Assembly (NCBI GenBank): GCA_964481775.1
Contig: CAYZUX010000008.1
Location: forward strand, 169 to 64,168
Direction of reading: 5' to 3'
Length of the DNA: 64,000 nt
Source of the DNA: an uncultured bacterium
Lineage (GTDB): Bacteria; Hinthialibacterota; Hinthialibacteria; OLB16
Positions 1-10,938 of this stretch are shown here, piece by piece. Within the stretch, counting starts at the first letter, position 1. Each line of letters begins with the position of its first letter. Made by a program: the position numbers and the translations under genes. The notes beneath the pieces are model-generated. The model worked only from the letters and a program-made list of their open reading frames with translations. It made no database searches and was not told the DNA's origin.

Positions 1-1835
1 ACTTCGGCCCTGGTCTGGCTGACCTGCCACTCGCGGACCGTGCCACCATCGCCAACATGGGGCCGGAGTATGGCGCCACCTGCGGCATCTTCCCGGTCGA
101 TGAGGTGGCCATCGACTATCTGCGGTTCAGTGGACGACCCGAGGTGCAGGTCCGGCTTGTGGAAAGGTACATGAAAGAGCAGGGTCTGTTCCATACGGCG
201 GATACCCCAACCGCTGAATACAGCGAGACTCTGGAGCTCGATCTGGGAACCGTTGAACCCAGCCTGGCGGGTCCACGGCGCCCGCAGGACCGTGTCTCCC
301 TCAGGGAGGTCCGGGGTTCTTTCATTTCCCAGCTCACAACTGCGAGGGGCGAATCGGCGGTTCATGAACGGCCTGTCGTGGTTGAGGGACAGAAGGCCAC
401 CTTGCGTGATGGTGCGGTGGTCATCGCCTCGATCACCAGTTGCACGAACACTTCTAACCCCTCGGTCATGTTGGCGGCGGGGCTGGTGGCAAAGAAAGCG
501 CTTGCTCGAGGGCTGCGCCGTAAGCCCTGGGTGAAAACCAGCCTGGCCCCGGGTTCGCTGGTGGTGACTGAATACCTGCGCGAGGCAGGTCTGCTCGAGC
601 CGCTGGAGGCGCTTGGATTCCATCTCGTCGGTTATGGCTGCGCCACCTGTATTGGTAACAGTGGTCCCCTTCCGGAGCCGGTCGCGCGAGGCATCGAGGA
701 GGGTGATCTGCTGGTGGCGGCGGTGCTTTCCGGCAACCGTAACTTCGAGGGGCGTGTTCATGCGCAGGTGCGGGCCAATTACCTCGCCTCTCCACCGCTC
801 GTGGTGGCCTATGCTCTGGCGGGAAGGGTGGATCTCGATTTGAGTGCTGACCCCATCGGAGAGGATGCAGATGGGAAATCGGTGTACTTGAAAGATATCT
901 GGCCGAGTCACAGGGAAATCGAGGAGGTGGTAAAAGCTTCAGTCCATTCCAGAATGTTCAAAAAGTCTTATTCAGATGTCTTCAAAGGGGATGGGCGTTG
1001 GCGCGGGCTGACTGTCCCTGGTGGGGATACCTTTGCCTGGGATGAAAATTCGACTTATGTGAAACAGCCTCCTTTTTTCCAGAACCTGGCCAGCGAGCCA
1101 GCAGCTGTAAGGGATATCCAGGGGGCACGTGCCCTGGCGGTTCTGGGTGACAGTATCACCACCGACCACATTTCCCCCGCCGGTTCCATCAAGCCGAACA
1201 GTCCCGCCGGGAAATATCTTCAGAGCCTGGGGGTTGCCCCGGCCGATTTTAATTCCCTTGGATCACGGCGTGGTAACCATGAGGTCATGATGCGCGGAAC
1301 CTTTGCCAATGTCCGCCTGCGCAACGCCATGGTTCCCGGAGTCGAGGGTGGATTCACGCTGCACCTCCCCGATGGCGAGCAGATGAGCATTTATGATGCC
1401 GCCATGAAGTATCAGGCCGAGGGGGTACCTCTCGTGGTGCTTGCGGGGAAGGAATATGGATCAGGCTCCTCGCGCGACTGGGCCGCCAAAGGACCACGTC
1501 TCCTGGGGGTGCGTGCGGCGATCGCCGAGAGCTTCGAACGCATTCATCGCAGCAACCTGGTGGGCATGGGGATTGTTCCTCTGCAATTTGAGCCTGGCCA
1601 GAATGTGGCCTCGCTGGGCCTGAGTGGGCGTGAAGTTTATGAAATCGAGGGACTTGCCGCAGGGATTGAGAGTGGTTTCAGGGAAGAGCGCAAGGTCACG
1701 GTCCGGGCGCGGCGTGAGGATGGGACAGTCTGCGAATTCAAAGTGATCGTGCGTATTGATACCCCGCAGGAGATTCAATACTACCGGCATGGCGGGATCT
1801 TGCAGTTTGTTTTGCGGAAACTGCTGGCGGAGTAA
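1..1835 (+). CDS. acnA: Aconitate hydratase AcnA, 5' end outside window
   Basis: Frame open from base 3 ([19 protein letters not shown]). Has motifs [25 protein letters not shown] (Fe-S cysteines), [12 protein letters not shown] and [13 protein letters not shown]. Confidence 0.97.
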   Translation, partial: FGPGLADLPLADRATIANMGPEYGATCGIFPVDEVAIDYLRFSGRPEVQVRLVERYMKEQGLFHTADTPTAEYSETLELDLGTVEPSLAGPRRPQDRVSLREVRGSFISQLTTARGESAVHERPVVVEGQKATLRDGAVVIASITSCTNTSNPSVMLAAGLVAKKALARGLRRKPWVKTSLAPGSLVVTEYLREAGLLEPLEALGFHLVGYGCATCIGNSGPLPEPVARGIEEGDLLVAAVLSGNRNFEGRVHAQVRANYLASPPLVVAYALAGRVDLDLSADPIGEDADGKSVYLKDIWPSHREIEEVVKASVHSRMFKKSYSDVFKGDGRWRGLTVPGGDTFAWDENSTYVKQPPFFQNLASEPAAVRDIQGARALAVLGDSITTDHISPAGSIKPNSPAGKYLQSLGVAPADFNSLGSRRGNHEVMMRGTFANVRLRNAMVPGVEGGFTLHLPDGEQMSIYDAAMKYQAEGVPLVVLAGKEYGSGSSRDWAAKGPRLLGVRAAIAESFERIHRSNLVGMGIVPLQFEPGQNVASLGLSGREVYEIEGLAAGIESGFREERKVTVRARREDGTVCEFKVIVRIDTPQEIQYYRHGGILQFVLRKLLAE

Positions 1836-1867
1836 TTCGGCCCGGCAGATAGATACAGAAGACAGGT

Positions 1868-1948
1868 GGAGTAGCGAATTTATTCGCTCTGTGTCTCTCC
1901 CATGAATCGTAACGTGTCGAGTCACAGGGCGAATAAATTCGCTACTCC
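1868..1948. repeat. REPIN-like doublet, REP family B (GTAGCGAATTTATTCGC), between convergent acnA and ddl
   Basis: Perfect 20-bp inverted repeat GGAGTAGCGAATTTATTCGC (1868-1887) / GCGAATAAATTCGCTACTCC (1929-1948). Each arm is GTAG plus the small palindrome GCGAAT-x-ATTCGC. Confidence 0.8.
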
Positions 1949-1981
1949 GATCTCAGCTATTGTGTTGTGAGCAAAACCAGC

Positions 1982-3064
1982 CTACTGCGCTACCGTCAAC
2001 ACTTCTTCCCTGAACAGCGCTTCACCGATAACTCGGTCCAGGATTGCCTCGAAATCCAGACCTGCCGCAGTACAGGCTCTCGGAATCAGGCTCATGCGGG
2101 TCATACCCGGGATGGTGTTCACCTCGAGGATCACGGGTTTGCCCTCATTCAGCAGAAAATCGGTTCGTGTGATTCCGGCGCAGCCGCAGGCACGGTGCGC
2201 ACGGAGTGCCAATGACTGAATCTCCCGGGAGAGTTCTTCACTGATCACAGCAGGAGTGATTTCCTCTGCTCCTCCAGGCTGGTACTTGGCCTCATAGTCG
2301 AAGAAACCACTTTGTGTCTTGATTTCTGTCACCGGCAATGCCTCGGTTGTTTCCTTGCCGATGACGCCGCAAGTGAACTCCCTTCCCGTGATCCGGTTCT
2401 CCACCAGAACCTCCACACTCAGCTGTAAGGCCTGGTGAATCGCGGAACTGGGATCTTCTCCCGCCTCGAGAAGAGACATTCCCACGCTGGAACCCTGGTT
2501 ATTGGGTTTAACCACCATCCCTTTTGGGAAAGATTCGAGCAGGTAATCACTCAGATCCTCTCCGCGTGATTCCCAGTCTGTACGTGAAAAGAAGGTCCAA
2601 TCCGGTGTGGGCAGTCCCATGGCGCGCAGAAAGACCTTGCAACGAGCCTTGTCCATGGTGAGTGCGCTGGCAAGGACACCTGATCCGACATACGGGATGT
2701 CCAGAGTTTCCAGGTATCCCTGGATGGTTCCATCCTCCCCTCCCGGTCCATGCAGAACGGGAAAGAGCACATCGACACGTCCTTTCAACACCCGTGCGGT
2801 CACCAGTTCGGAGTAAGTGGTTGAAGGGGGAGTATAAGAGCGGTCGAGGGCCACCTCTCTCCCGATGGTCCTTCCCTGGGCCAGCAGAGGAGAGTCGATA
2901 TGGTGAAGATACCACTTGCGGTCTTCCCCGATCTCGATGGGGTGAATCTCGTAGCGGTTTCTGTCGAGGATTTCCACCACATGACAGCCAGATGCCAACG
3001 AGACCTCCCGCTCAGCCGAGGGGCCGCCCATCAATATCCCAATCCGTATGCGTTCCTTGTACAT
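1982..3064 (-). CDS. ddl: D-alanine--D-alanine ligase
   Basis: MGGPSAEREVSLASG, LHGPGGEDGTIQG, GSSVG, omega loop FFDYEAKY and LEVNTIPGMT motifs. Confidence 0.96.
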   Translation of the reverse strand: MYKERIRIGILMGGPSAEREVSLASGCHVVEILDRNRYEIHPIEIGEDRKWYLHHIDSPLLAQGRTIGREVALDRSYTPPSTTYSELVTARVLKGRVDVLFPVLHGPGGEDGTIQGYLETLDIPYVGSGVLASALTMDKARCKVFLRAMGLPTPDWTFFSRTDWESRGEDLSDYLLESFPKGMVVKPNNQGSSVGMSLLEAGEDPSSAIHQALQLSVEVLVENRITGREFTCGVIGKETTEALPVTEIKTQSGFFDYEAKYQPGGAEEITPAVISEELSREIQSLALRAHRACGCAGITRTDFLLNEGKPVILEVNTIPGMTRMSLIPRACTAAGLDFEAILDRVIGEALFREEVLTVAQ

Positions 3065-3207
3065 CGCGCTCTCCCCAATCTGGGCCTACCGGACAATCAA
3101 CTTCGGCCACCTCCCCATGCAGGTGCCCCGAAGGAGTCCGCGTGAACTTAATGATAGCCCAATATGGAAGGTACCAACAAGGTTGATTACCAAACCGTTG
3201 GTGTGGG

Positions 3208-4152
3208 TCAGGGTTTGGAGGCGAAAGGCTGGGGAAAAACCCGGACTGGTTTGAGGACTTCCAGGTCCCCGCCAAGCCGTGCCACCTGGGTGGAATCGAA
3301 CATGGATTTCCCCAGGCCTACCAGTCTTCCATCCCGCGATTTGATGCGAAGGAGTGCATCACGGCTGAAGTCAGCACTGGCCGAAAGGATCGCTCCGCTC
3401 CGGATGGAACGGCCTGTCATCCAGGACTTCACTTCAGAGTCCTGGATCGTAACTGCTGGGAACCTCGTCAGGGCCAGGTCGGGTGAGAGCAGGTGCTCCC
3501 GCACCGAGTCAGGGTCTTTGAGCAACGCACTATCCACGGAATCGGTGACTGACAGTGGACCGCAACGAGTCCTCACCAGGCTGGCCATGACCGCCCCGCA
3601 ACCGAGTTCTTTCCCGATGTCGTGGCAGAGAGTACGGACATAGGTTCCCTTGGAACATAACACCCGGATCTCAAGGTCAGGAGGTGTGTAACCCAGAACC
3701 TCCAGCTCAAAGACATTGACACTGACCGGTTCACGTTCCACCTCGACTCCCTGACGCGCCAGGTCATAGAGGCGTTTCCCCTGATGGCGCTTGGCGCTGA
3801 CCATGGGGGGGATCTGCCGGATCTCACCACGGAAGCGGGGGAGCAGATCCTCGATCTGTCCGAGGGAGAGGTCCAAGGCGGATTTCGTGGCGAGGGTTTC
3901 CCCGGTGATGTCCTGGGTATCGGTCACGATGCCAAAACGGCAGACCAGACGGTATTCCTTTTCCTCCGCGGTCAGGAATTCCGAGAGCTTGGTGGCATTC
4001 CCAAGGCACAAGGGCAAGACACCGGTGGCGATCGGATCCAGGGTTCCCGCATGGCCAACCTGGCGTTGCCGGGCGGCTTTACGGACCAGGTCCACGACAT
4101 CATGCGAGGTCAGCCCCTTGGGCTTGTCGACATTAAGGATTCCGCTCAGCAT
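3208..4152 (-). CDS. truB: tRNA pseudouridine(55) synthase TruB
   Basis: ILNVDKPKGLTSHDVV, GHAGTLDPIATGVL and CSKGTYVRTL motifs. Start placed at MLSGIL (4152), overlapping the rbfA end; the ORF-track start at 4218 lies inside rbfA. Confidence 0.96.
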   Translation of the reverse strand: MLSGILNVDKPKGLTSHDVVDLVRKAARQRQVGHAGTLDPIATGVLPLCLGNATKLSEFLTAEEKEYRLVCRFGIVTDTQDITGETLATKSALDLSLGQIEDLLPRFRGEIRQIPPMVSAKRHQGKRLYDLARQGVEVEREPVSVNVFELEVLGYTPPDLEIRVLCSKGTYVRTLCHDIGKELGCGAVMASLVRTRCGPLSVTDSVDSALLKDPDSVREHLLSPDLALTRFPAVTIQDSEVKSWMTGRSIRSGAILSASADFSRDALLRIKSRDGRLVGLGKSMFDSTQVARLGGDLEVLKPVRVFPQPFASKP

Positions 4153-4513
4153 CTTCCCAATCTTCTCGTACAAGTTTGAGCAGTGACTCGATCCGCTCGG
4201 CACGTTCCTCGGTGTCATCCAGCTGGAACTGGAGCCGGGGAGTTTTCTTGATTCGGATCCGGGGTGCCAGGAGCCGGCGCACCTTCTCAGCGGCTGTGGT
4301 CAGGTCTCCTTCCGGCAAAGGCTGTACCTGTCCATGCTCATCAAACTTACGTGCCATCACATAGACACGTGCCGAGCTCAGATCGGCGGTGACGCGAACC
4401 TCGGTGACAGTCAACGCGGATAGGACCGGATCGGTGTTCTCGTGCAACATGATGGAGCCGATCTCCTCGCGGAGAAGCGAGTTCACCTGCTCCAGGCGGC
4501 GCTTGTTTGTCAT
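4133..4513 (-). CDS. rbfA: 30S ribosome-binding factor RbfA
   Basis: RRLEQVNSLLREEIG, TVTEVRVTADLSSARVY and KKTPRLQFQLD motifs; sits between infB and truB. Confidence 0.95.
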   Translation of the reverse strand: MTNKRRLEQVNSLLREEIGSIMLHENTDPVLSALTVTEVRVTADLSSARVYVMARKFDEHGQVQPLPEGDLTTAAEKVRRLLAPRIRIKKTPRLQFQLDDTEERAERIESLLKLVREDWEDAERNP

Positions 4514-4587
4514 GTTCTCATTGCCCCATCAAAATTCCGCCCCACTCAGTTCCGAGGGATACAGGTGAACCAAGCGATGGGGCCTTC

Positions 4588-7428
4588 CTAAAGCGTCGCA
4601 GCAATGGTCTCTGTCTGGATACATTCAATGATGTCGCGTGGGTGGACATCCTGGAAATTGGCGATGCCGAGACCACATTCCAAACCTTGTGCAACCTCGC
4701 TGGCTTCATCCTTGAAACGGCGGAGGGTCACAAGCCTGGTTTCAGCCAGGATACGATTGTCACGCAGCACGCGGACAGGCCGTCCTTTAACCAGTTTTCC
4801 TTCACGGACAACGCCGCCGATGATGAGACCAGCCTTGGAGCTTCGGAAGATTTCCATCACCTCCAGGCGTCCGATGACCACCTCTCGTTGCTCATCGGCC
4901 AGGAGTCCCAGCATGGCCTTCTTGATATCTTCGATGGCATCGTAGATGACCGTGTAAGTGCGGACATCCACCCGTTCACGCTGCTGGGCGGGAACCACAT
5001 CGGCGGGTACCGCGACATTGAAGCCGAGGATGATCGCATCGGATGCCGAGGCCAACATGATGTCTGATTCCGAGACCGCACCAACGCCACGGTGCAGGAT
5101 GCGAACCTTGACCTTTTCGCTTTCGATCCGCTCCAGCGATTCACAGACCGCCTCGACTGATCCCTGCACATCGCCCTTGACAATGATGTTGAGGTCTTTG
5201 ACAGAACCTTCCTCGATCCGGCTGAAGAGGCTTTCCAGGGTGACATGCGCCACCTGCGCCATCTCACGTTCGCGGCGAATCTGCTGCAGCTTGTTGCCCA
5301 GTTCCCGTGCGGTTTTCTCATCCGGCACGCCGCGCAACTCATCACCGGCCACGGGTGTTCCCGATAAGCCCAAAATAGCCACCGGGACACCCGGTGTGGC
5401 GACTGGAATCCGCTGGCCATGCTCGTTCATCAGTGCCCGTACCTTACCTGCCCAGACACCCGCCACGATGGGATCACCGACACGCAATGTCCCCTCCTGG
5501 ACAAGGGCTGTGGCGATCGCGCCGCGCCCTTGCTCAAGGCGTGCTTCGATGATGGTCCCCTTGGCGCGTTTATCCGGATTGGCTTTCAGCTCAAGCAGTT
5601 CCGCCTGCAGATGGATCAGGTCCACCAGGGAGTCGATCCCGATTTTCTTCAGGGCACTGATCTCAGCGACCGGTGTTTGTCCTCCCCACTCCTCAGGAAG
5701 CAGACCTTCGGCGGCGAGCTCCTGTCTCACCCGTTCCACATTGGCGCCGGCAACATCGATCTTATTGATTGCCACGATGATCGGGACATTGGCGGCACGA
5801 GCGTGGGCGATCGCCTCACGGGTTTGTGGCATGACTCCGTCATCAGCGGCCACCACCAGCACGACCACATCGGTCACCATGGCGCCGCGGGCACGCATGG
5901 CAGTGAAAGCTTCGTGACCAGGAGTGTCAATAAAAGTAATCGTCTTGCCATCCGGCAGCTGGACAAAATACGCTCCGATATGCTGGGTGATCCCTCCGGC
6001 TTCACCCGAGGCAACATCCGCGCTGCGGATCGCATCCATCAGCTTGGTCTTGCCATGGTCTACGTGTCCCATCACGGTGACTACCGGCGGACGTGGTTGG
6101 AGCTTGTTGGGATCATCAACCTGTTCGAATTCCTCGAAGGGGTTCACATCCATCAGGCTGGATTCTTCAACATTGAATCCGAATTCTTCGGCGATCAGGT
6201 CGATGGTTTCACGATCGACACGCTGGTTGACGGTGACGACCCGGCCCAGGTCAAGGAGGATCTTGAGAATTTCGCTTGGGTTCACACCCAGGCCATAGGC
6301 GACATCAGCCACTGTAGTGGCCTCGTGAATGCGCAAGGTGGTTTTTTCCTTCTCGTCCCGCTCCCGTTGGGCCTCCTGGGTGGCCGCCATGCGTTCGCGT
6401 TTGGTCCTCTTGTAGCGCTGGCTGCGTGACTTTTTCTTTCCCGTAAAGAAGGCCAGGACCTTGCGCTCCACGACAGTGGATTCACGATCCTTCTTGGCCT
6501 CGGTGATTTCTTCAACCTTGGTTTTTTTGCCTTTGGGTCTTTTGACAGCCGCAGCTGCCGCGGCAGCGGGTGATTGAACTGGAACCGGGGGTGTTGTATC
6601 CGTGGCGGGCTTAGCCTTTGTCTCCCGGCTCTCCCGAGCTTCCCGGCTTTCCCCCTCACGAGGCTGCCGTTTTCCACCTGCCTGCTGAGGACGCCGACGA
6701 TCCTCGGAAGGACGTCCACCTGTCTGTCCGGACTCACGGCGTTTTGGTTGGGATGGAGCTGCCTGTTGGGTACCCCCCTGGGAAGTCCTGCGGCGCTCCT
6801 CTTTGTGGGCAGGTTTAGCTGCTTCAGGTTGGGCAGCCGGGGGAGGTGGTGGTGGAGGCGGTGGTGGAGGCGGTGGGGGTGGTGCTGGTGCTTCCACCGC
6901 GGCAACCGGGACGGGTTCGGGAACCGGTTCGGCCACAGGTTCCGGAGTGGGAGCCACCGGCGGCTCCTCCGGTGTGGGAGCCACCACTTGAGTCTTTGGC
7001 TTGATCCCGCTTTCCCTGAGGCGTTTGGCACGCAGCAGATCCCGTGCTTTTGTTTCGACTCCCACACGGCGTGGCTCCCCTTTGTCTGTGGCTGGCTGGT
7101 CTTTTTTGGGAGCCGCTTTGGCAGTGGTTTTGGGTTGTGCCTGTCCGGGTGTGATGCCTGCTGACCGCGGAACTGTCGAGGGACGTTCTCCCGGGCCTGC
7201 TTTGCGGATGATCGGGGTTGCCGCCCCTGGACGCAGAACCTTGACACCGGGACTCACCAGGACTGGCCTCTTGGGAGCCATGGCCACGAGACGCCCTTCC
7301 ACCTGGCTCAGCTCCGTATCGTTCAGAGCAGAGGCAGGATCTTTGCCTCGTATGCCCGACTCTTCCAGCAGGGTTAATACCTTCTGGACTGAGACTCCAT
7401 GCTTTCGTGCGACTTCAGCAACCTGCAT
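4588..7428 (-). CDS. infB: Translation initiation factor IF-2
   Basis: G-domain motifs [17 protein letters not shown] and INKID; long Pro/Ala/Arg-rich N-terminal region. Confidence 0.98.
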   Translation of the reverse strand: MQVAEVARKHGVSVQKVLTLLEESGIRGKDPASALNDTELSQVEGRLVAMAPKRPVLVSPGVKVLRPGAATPIIRKAGPGERPSTVPRSAGITPGQAQPKTTAKAAPKKDQPATDKGEPRRVGVETKARDLLRAKRLRESGIKPKTQVVAPTPEEPPVAPTPEPVAEPVPEPVPVAAVEAPAPPPPPPPPPPPPPPPAAQPEAAKPAHKEERRRTSQGGTQQAAPSQPKRRESGQTGGRPSEDRRRPQQAGGKRQPREGESREARESRETKAKPATDTTPPVPVQSPAAAAAAAVKRPKGKKTKVEEITEAKKDRESTVVERKVLAFFTGKKKSRSQRYKRTKRERMAATQEAQRERDEKEKTTLRIHEATTVADVAYGLGVNPSEILKILLDLGRVVTVNQRVDRETIDLIAEEFGFNVEESSLMDVNPFEEFEQVDDPNKLQPRPPVVTVMGHVDHGKTKLMDAIRSADVASGEAGGITQHIGAYFVQLPDGKTITFIDTPGHEAFTAMRARGAMVTDVVVLVVAADDGVMPQTREAIAHARAANVPIIVAINKIDVAGANVERVRQELAAEGLLPEEWGGQTPVAEISALKKIGIDSLVDLIHLQAELLELKANPDKRAKGTIIEARLEQGRGAIATALVQEGTLRVGDPIVAGVWAGKVRALMNEHGQRIPVATPGVPVAILGLSGTPVAGDELRGVPDEKTARELGNKLQQIRREREMAQVAHVTLESLFSRIEEGSVKDLNIIVKGDVQGSVEAVCESLERIESEKVKVRILHRGVGAVSESDIMLASASDAIILGFNVAVPADVVPAQQRERVDVRTYTVIYDAIEDIKKAMLGLLADEQREVVIGRLEVMEIFRSSKAGLIIGGVVREGKLVKGRPVRVLRDNRILAETRLVTLRRFKDEASEVAQGLECGLGIANFQDVHPRDIIECIQTETIAATL

Positions 7429-7545
7429 TCCTGGAATTGAACCTCCAAATCCTCCGCGTCAGGACTCATTCACGGCGAAAGCGGGGAGGCATGTAACCTT
7501 CTTCTGTCTACATGTAACCCTCTCTCCGTCAAGGGAATCCGCCCG

Positions 7546-8853
7546 CTATTCCTCAACCGGCTTAGCCGGTTTGTCTTCTTCCGATGCTTCTTCACGCAAA
7601 TAAGCCGGGACCGCTGAGCCCGACAGGAAGGCTTTTGCGCCTTCAAACACTTTTTCAGCCAGGGATGGCTCCAGGCGTGCTGTTTCCACCAGCCCATCCA
7701 CCCCATACTCCACGGCGTCCTCATAGGACCACACACCGGCGGACATGAGCAACTCCACTGTTTCGGTGTCCACACCCGGAAGCGAGGCCAGCATTTCGCG
7801 GGTTTCGCGTTCACTGGCTTCGACTTCGGAGGCACTCACAATATCGATATGGATCCCGGTCAGTTCGGAGGCCAGCTTGGCGTTTAGTCCACCCTTCCCG
7901 ATGGCCAGCGACAGCTGATCGTCTTTCACAACCAGAGTGGCATTCCTGCCATCCGGCTGGATCTCAACGGATTCCACCTCGGCAGGCTTGAGCGAGTTCA
8001 TTACAAACTTGGCTTTATCGGCACTGTAAGGGATGATGTCGATCCGCTCGCCTTTCAGTTCCTGAACCACCATCTGTACACGTGAACCTTTCATCCCCAC
8101 GCAAGCGCCGACAGGATCGACATCCAGATTGGTCGACATGACAGCGATTTTGGTTCGTTTCCCCGGTTCCCGTGCGATGGCCTTGATGACGACAGTTCCA
8201 TCACGGACCTCGCTGACCTCCTGTTCGAAGAGCTTACGGACCAGATCGGGACTTTTCCGTGAAAGAACCACCTGGGCCTCGCGAGCGGTCTGGTTGACTT
8301 CCAGGATGATTGCGCGCACACGGTCGCCATAATGATAGCGTTCGCCCTTGGCTTGTTCGTTAAAGGGCAGTAAGGCCTCGGCATAGCCGATATCCACGAT
8401 CACGTTGCCACGTTCATACTGCTGGACAGTTCCGGAGACGAGTTCACCGATGCGGTTGGAGTAGCGTTCAAACACCATCTCACGCTCCGCCTCACGGATA
8501 CGCTGGGTAATCACCTGTTTGGCGTTCTGCGCCGCGATTCTTCCGAAATCACTGGGAGTGACATCGATCTCGACATTTTGTGTCAGGCGAGCGTTGGGAT
8601 CGTAAAGACGGGCCTCGGGGAGTGAAATTTCGCGTGCTTCATTGACCACTTCGGGAACGACAGTCTTCTGGGCATAGACCCGGTATTCACCTGTCTTGGG
8701 GTCGATGGCGGCCCGGGTGACTTCCAATTCCGGATCCAGCATCTTCTTGGAGGCGGAAACCAAAGCCGCCTGGAGTGCATCTTCCAGAATCTCAATCGAG
8801 ATGTTGCGCTCGTTGGCGATGCGACGCAGCAAGTCCCATGTTTCTCTGCTCAT
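7546..8853 (-). CDS. nusA: Transcription termination/antitermination factor NusA
   Basis: FGRIAAQNAKQVITQRIREAER, S1 and KH domains (AREPGKRTKIAV, GACVGMKGSRV, AIGKGGLN), plus a C-terminal HhH-like repeat. Confidence 0.97.
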   Translation of the reverse strand: MSRETWDLLRRIANERNISIEILEDALQAALVSASKKMLDPELEVTRAAIDPKTGEYRVYAQKTVVPEVVNEAREISLPEARLYDPNARLTQNVEIDVTPSDFGRIAAQNAKQVITQRIREAEREMVFERYSNRIGELVSGTVQQYERGNVIVDIGYAEALLPFNEQAKGERYHYGDRVRAIILEVNQTAREAQVVLSRKSPDLVRKLFEQEVSEVRDGTVVIKAIAREPGKRTKIAVMSTNLDVDPVGACVGMKGSRVQMVVQELKGERIDIIPYSADKAKFVMNSLKPAEVESVEIQPDGRNATLVVKDDQLSLAIGKGGLNAKLASELTGIHIDIVSASEVEASERETREMLASLPGVDTETVELLMSAGVWSYEDAVEYGVDGLVETARLEPSLAEKVFEGAKAFLSGSAVPAYLREEASEEDKPAKPVEE

Positions 8854-9033
8854 GTGCTCATTTCCGTTTGACGGGAGGAGTCCTGCTCCGGCTGGAGTTT
8901 CGTTTCAGCAATCCCCAACCACGCTGGACTCATTCCTCTCAGACCTTGTCTGGACAGTCCTCTGGCGTGAGGGGCTTATTCTCTCTTCTTGTCCGGTCCA
9001 TCCGAGGGGGTTCGAAGACCACGGTCGGTTGAC

Positions 9034-9066
9034 AAAAAAAGAAGTGGGAGTTGCCCCCCACTTTCC
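9034..9066 (-). terminator. Intrinsic terminator hairpin resembling the rimP leader, upstream of nusA
   Basis: Minus strand reads GGAAAGTGGGGGGCAACTCCCACTTC-TTTTTTT: an AAGTGGG/CCCACTT stem followed by 7 U. It lies about 10 nt after the methyltransferase stop and about 180 nt before nusA. Confidence 0.75.
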
Positions 9067-9075
9067 GATAGAAAT

Positions 9076-9873
9076 CTAGCAGTTCAATCCAACAGGGTCA
9101 AGGGTTAGTTGATTTTTTCGTGCAAGAAGTATGATCCGCCGTGCTGAAAGCCTTGGCGGCTCCAAATGATAACCTCCACACGCGGCCTCAATCGAAAAGC
9201 CTTTGGCGAAAAGATATCCTGCCAATTCATGGAAACTGAATAACCGAATCCGGTACTGGGTCTGATGCTTTCCGCCATGAGTATCAAGCAAGGTACAGGT
9301 GGTCGTGACACGGCTGGTGACCGGGTCGAAAACGGTTTCCTCCAGGATCGTCTCTTCGCCGCGTTGCCACCAGTTACGGACTACATCGGGATGTTGAACC
9401 ATGAAATCTCTGTTGGCGACATCCAGCAACAGGAGTCCATCTTCCTTGAGGGAATTAGCCAGTGAGTCCAGCATCGTCCAGTGATCGGATTCCTTTTCAC
9501 AATAACCGAGAGAGGTGAACATGCAGATGACTGCATCAAAAACAGCAGAGAATGGAGCCACACGCAGGTCACCACGGACCCAAATGGGTAGCCGGAGGGA
9601 AACTTTTCCACTTTCGAAAGCTACCTGTTGGGCAAGTCCCAACAGGTAGCTTGAATAATCCAGTCCAATCACCCTCCAGCCCAGCCCTGAAAGCGGGATG
9701 GAGTGACGCCCATGTCCGCAACAGGCATCCAACAGGAGCCTTCCCTCTCCAGGGCCGAGAAGATTCTGGATAAGAGCGATCTCAGCATCCGTCTCCTCCT
9801 GGGGACGGCTCTGACGGAAAGCCAGGTAATCTTTGTCAAAAAATGTTTTCCACCAGTCCCGGTCAATGACCAT
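9076..9873 (-). CDS. Class I SAM-dependent methyltransferase
   Basis: Motif I LLDACCGHGRHS, post-I GLDYS, FDAVICMFTSLG and LKEDGLLLLD. Confidence 0.9.
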   Translation of the reverse strand: MVIDRDWWKTFFDKDYLAFRQSRPQEETDAEIALIQNLLGPGEGRLLLDACCGHGRHSIPLSGLGWRVIGLDYSSYLLGLAQQVAFESGKVSLRLPIWVRGDLRVAPFSAVFDAVICMFTSLGYCEKESDHWTMLDSLANSLKEDGLLLLDVANRDFMVQHPDVVRNWWQRGEETILEETVFDPVTSRVTTTCTLLDTHGGKHQTQYRIRLFSFHELAGYLFAKGFSIEAACGGYHLEPPRLSARRIILLARKNQLTLDPVGLNC

Positions 9874-9897
9874 GTCTTCCCACCGTTACTCAGGAAT

Positions 9898-10887
9898 CTA
9901 TTGCAGGCGGACCATCTCCCCGCTGACAACTGATTGGTCCACTGCTTGAGTCAGAGCCTGGGTTTTCAACGCATCCGCATAATCCGACCTGACCAGCCTG
10001 GGATCGCGTGTCCGTGTGAACTCCACGAAAGTCTCCATGAGCGGACGGTGGAGCTGCACTTCCTGATGAACCTCGAAATCCTCACCATCCACGTGCCCGG
10101 TGACACGGTTCTCGCCCAGGTTGAGAGTGAGATTGAATCCCTGGCCAAAGATCTGCATCACGATTTCCCAGCGCGGGAAGGCCCAGGTGTGCAGGTGATT
10201 GACCACAACCTCGTTGTCCAGCTGCATTTGCAGGGCGACAGTTTCCTCAGTGGTGATACCGGGTCCCTTGGGGCACATCATGTTGTTACCAAAGGCGCAA
10301 ACAGCACGGGCTTCAGCACCTGTCAGACAGCGGATCAGGTCGATGATATGCAGTGCCTGGTCTCCCACCATACCCCCGGAAAGAGCCTTGTCGTAATACA
10401 CCTTGGCGCAACGGGCACGGGCTTCAGGGAACATCATGTCAGCGTAATAATGGCTCTGAATGCCATAGATCTGATGCTCTTTCACGACCTTGAAAACCGG
10501 TTCCAGGAAGGTGGTCCAGCGGAAAACAAAACCGACAAAATGGGGATGGTCGTGTCTTTCCAGCAGCTGCCGGATCCGTTCTCCCTCCTCCAGGCTGACC
10601 GCGGGGGGCTTTTCGACAAAGACCGGGACTCCCTTACGGACACAAGCCGCGATGGGGTCATACCGTACGGCGGGGGGGGTGCACAGAAGGACTCCATCGA
10701 GTGGCTCTTTCTCCAGCATCTCGTGGAAATCCGTGTAACCTTTCCCCCCAAAAAGTTCCAACCTTGAAGACAAAGCCTGTTCCGAAATATCGCAGAGCGC
10801 AGCGATCTCGACTCCCTCGATGGTCTTGAGGTTGTCCATGTGAACTCCAGCAATTCCACCCGTACCAATTACGCCAATCCGTGTCAT
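9898..10887 (-). CDS. Gfo/Idh/MocA family NAD(P)-dependent oxidoreductase
   Basis: RIGVIGTGGIA Rossmann motif, VFVEKPP and GGMVGDQALHIID. Confidence 0.92.
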   Translation of the reverse strand: MTRIGVIGTGGIAGVHMDNLKTIEGVEIAALCDISEQALSSRLELFGGKGYTDFHEMLEKEPLDGVLLCTPPAVRYDPIAACVRKGVPVFVEKPPAVSLEEGERIRQLLERHDHPHFVGFVFRWTTFLEPVFKVVKEHQIYGIQSHYYADMMFPEARARCAKVYYDKALSGGMVGDQALHIIDLIRCLTGAEARAVCAFGNNMMCPKGPGITTEETVALQMQLDNEVVVNHLHTWAFPRWEIVMQIFGQGFNLTLNLGENRVTGHVDGEDFEVHQEVQLHRPLMETFVEFTRTRDPRLVRSDYADALKTQALTQAVDQSVVSGEMVRLQ

Positions 10888-10938
10888 CGATGCCTTCCTT
10901 CCCTTCCTTTTGCAGAGATACCAGCGAGAAAGCCAAGC

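Noticed and set aside
1982-3064. VanA-type D-Ala-D-Lac ligase
   Set aside because: The omega loop has FDYEAKY (Tyr, D-Ala-D-Ala type) and there are no van genes nearby.
3065-3207. Absence of ribF-rpsO-pnp after truB
   Set aside because: This part of the operon is variable among phyla and no remnant is visible, so it is not informative alone.
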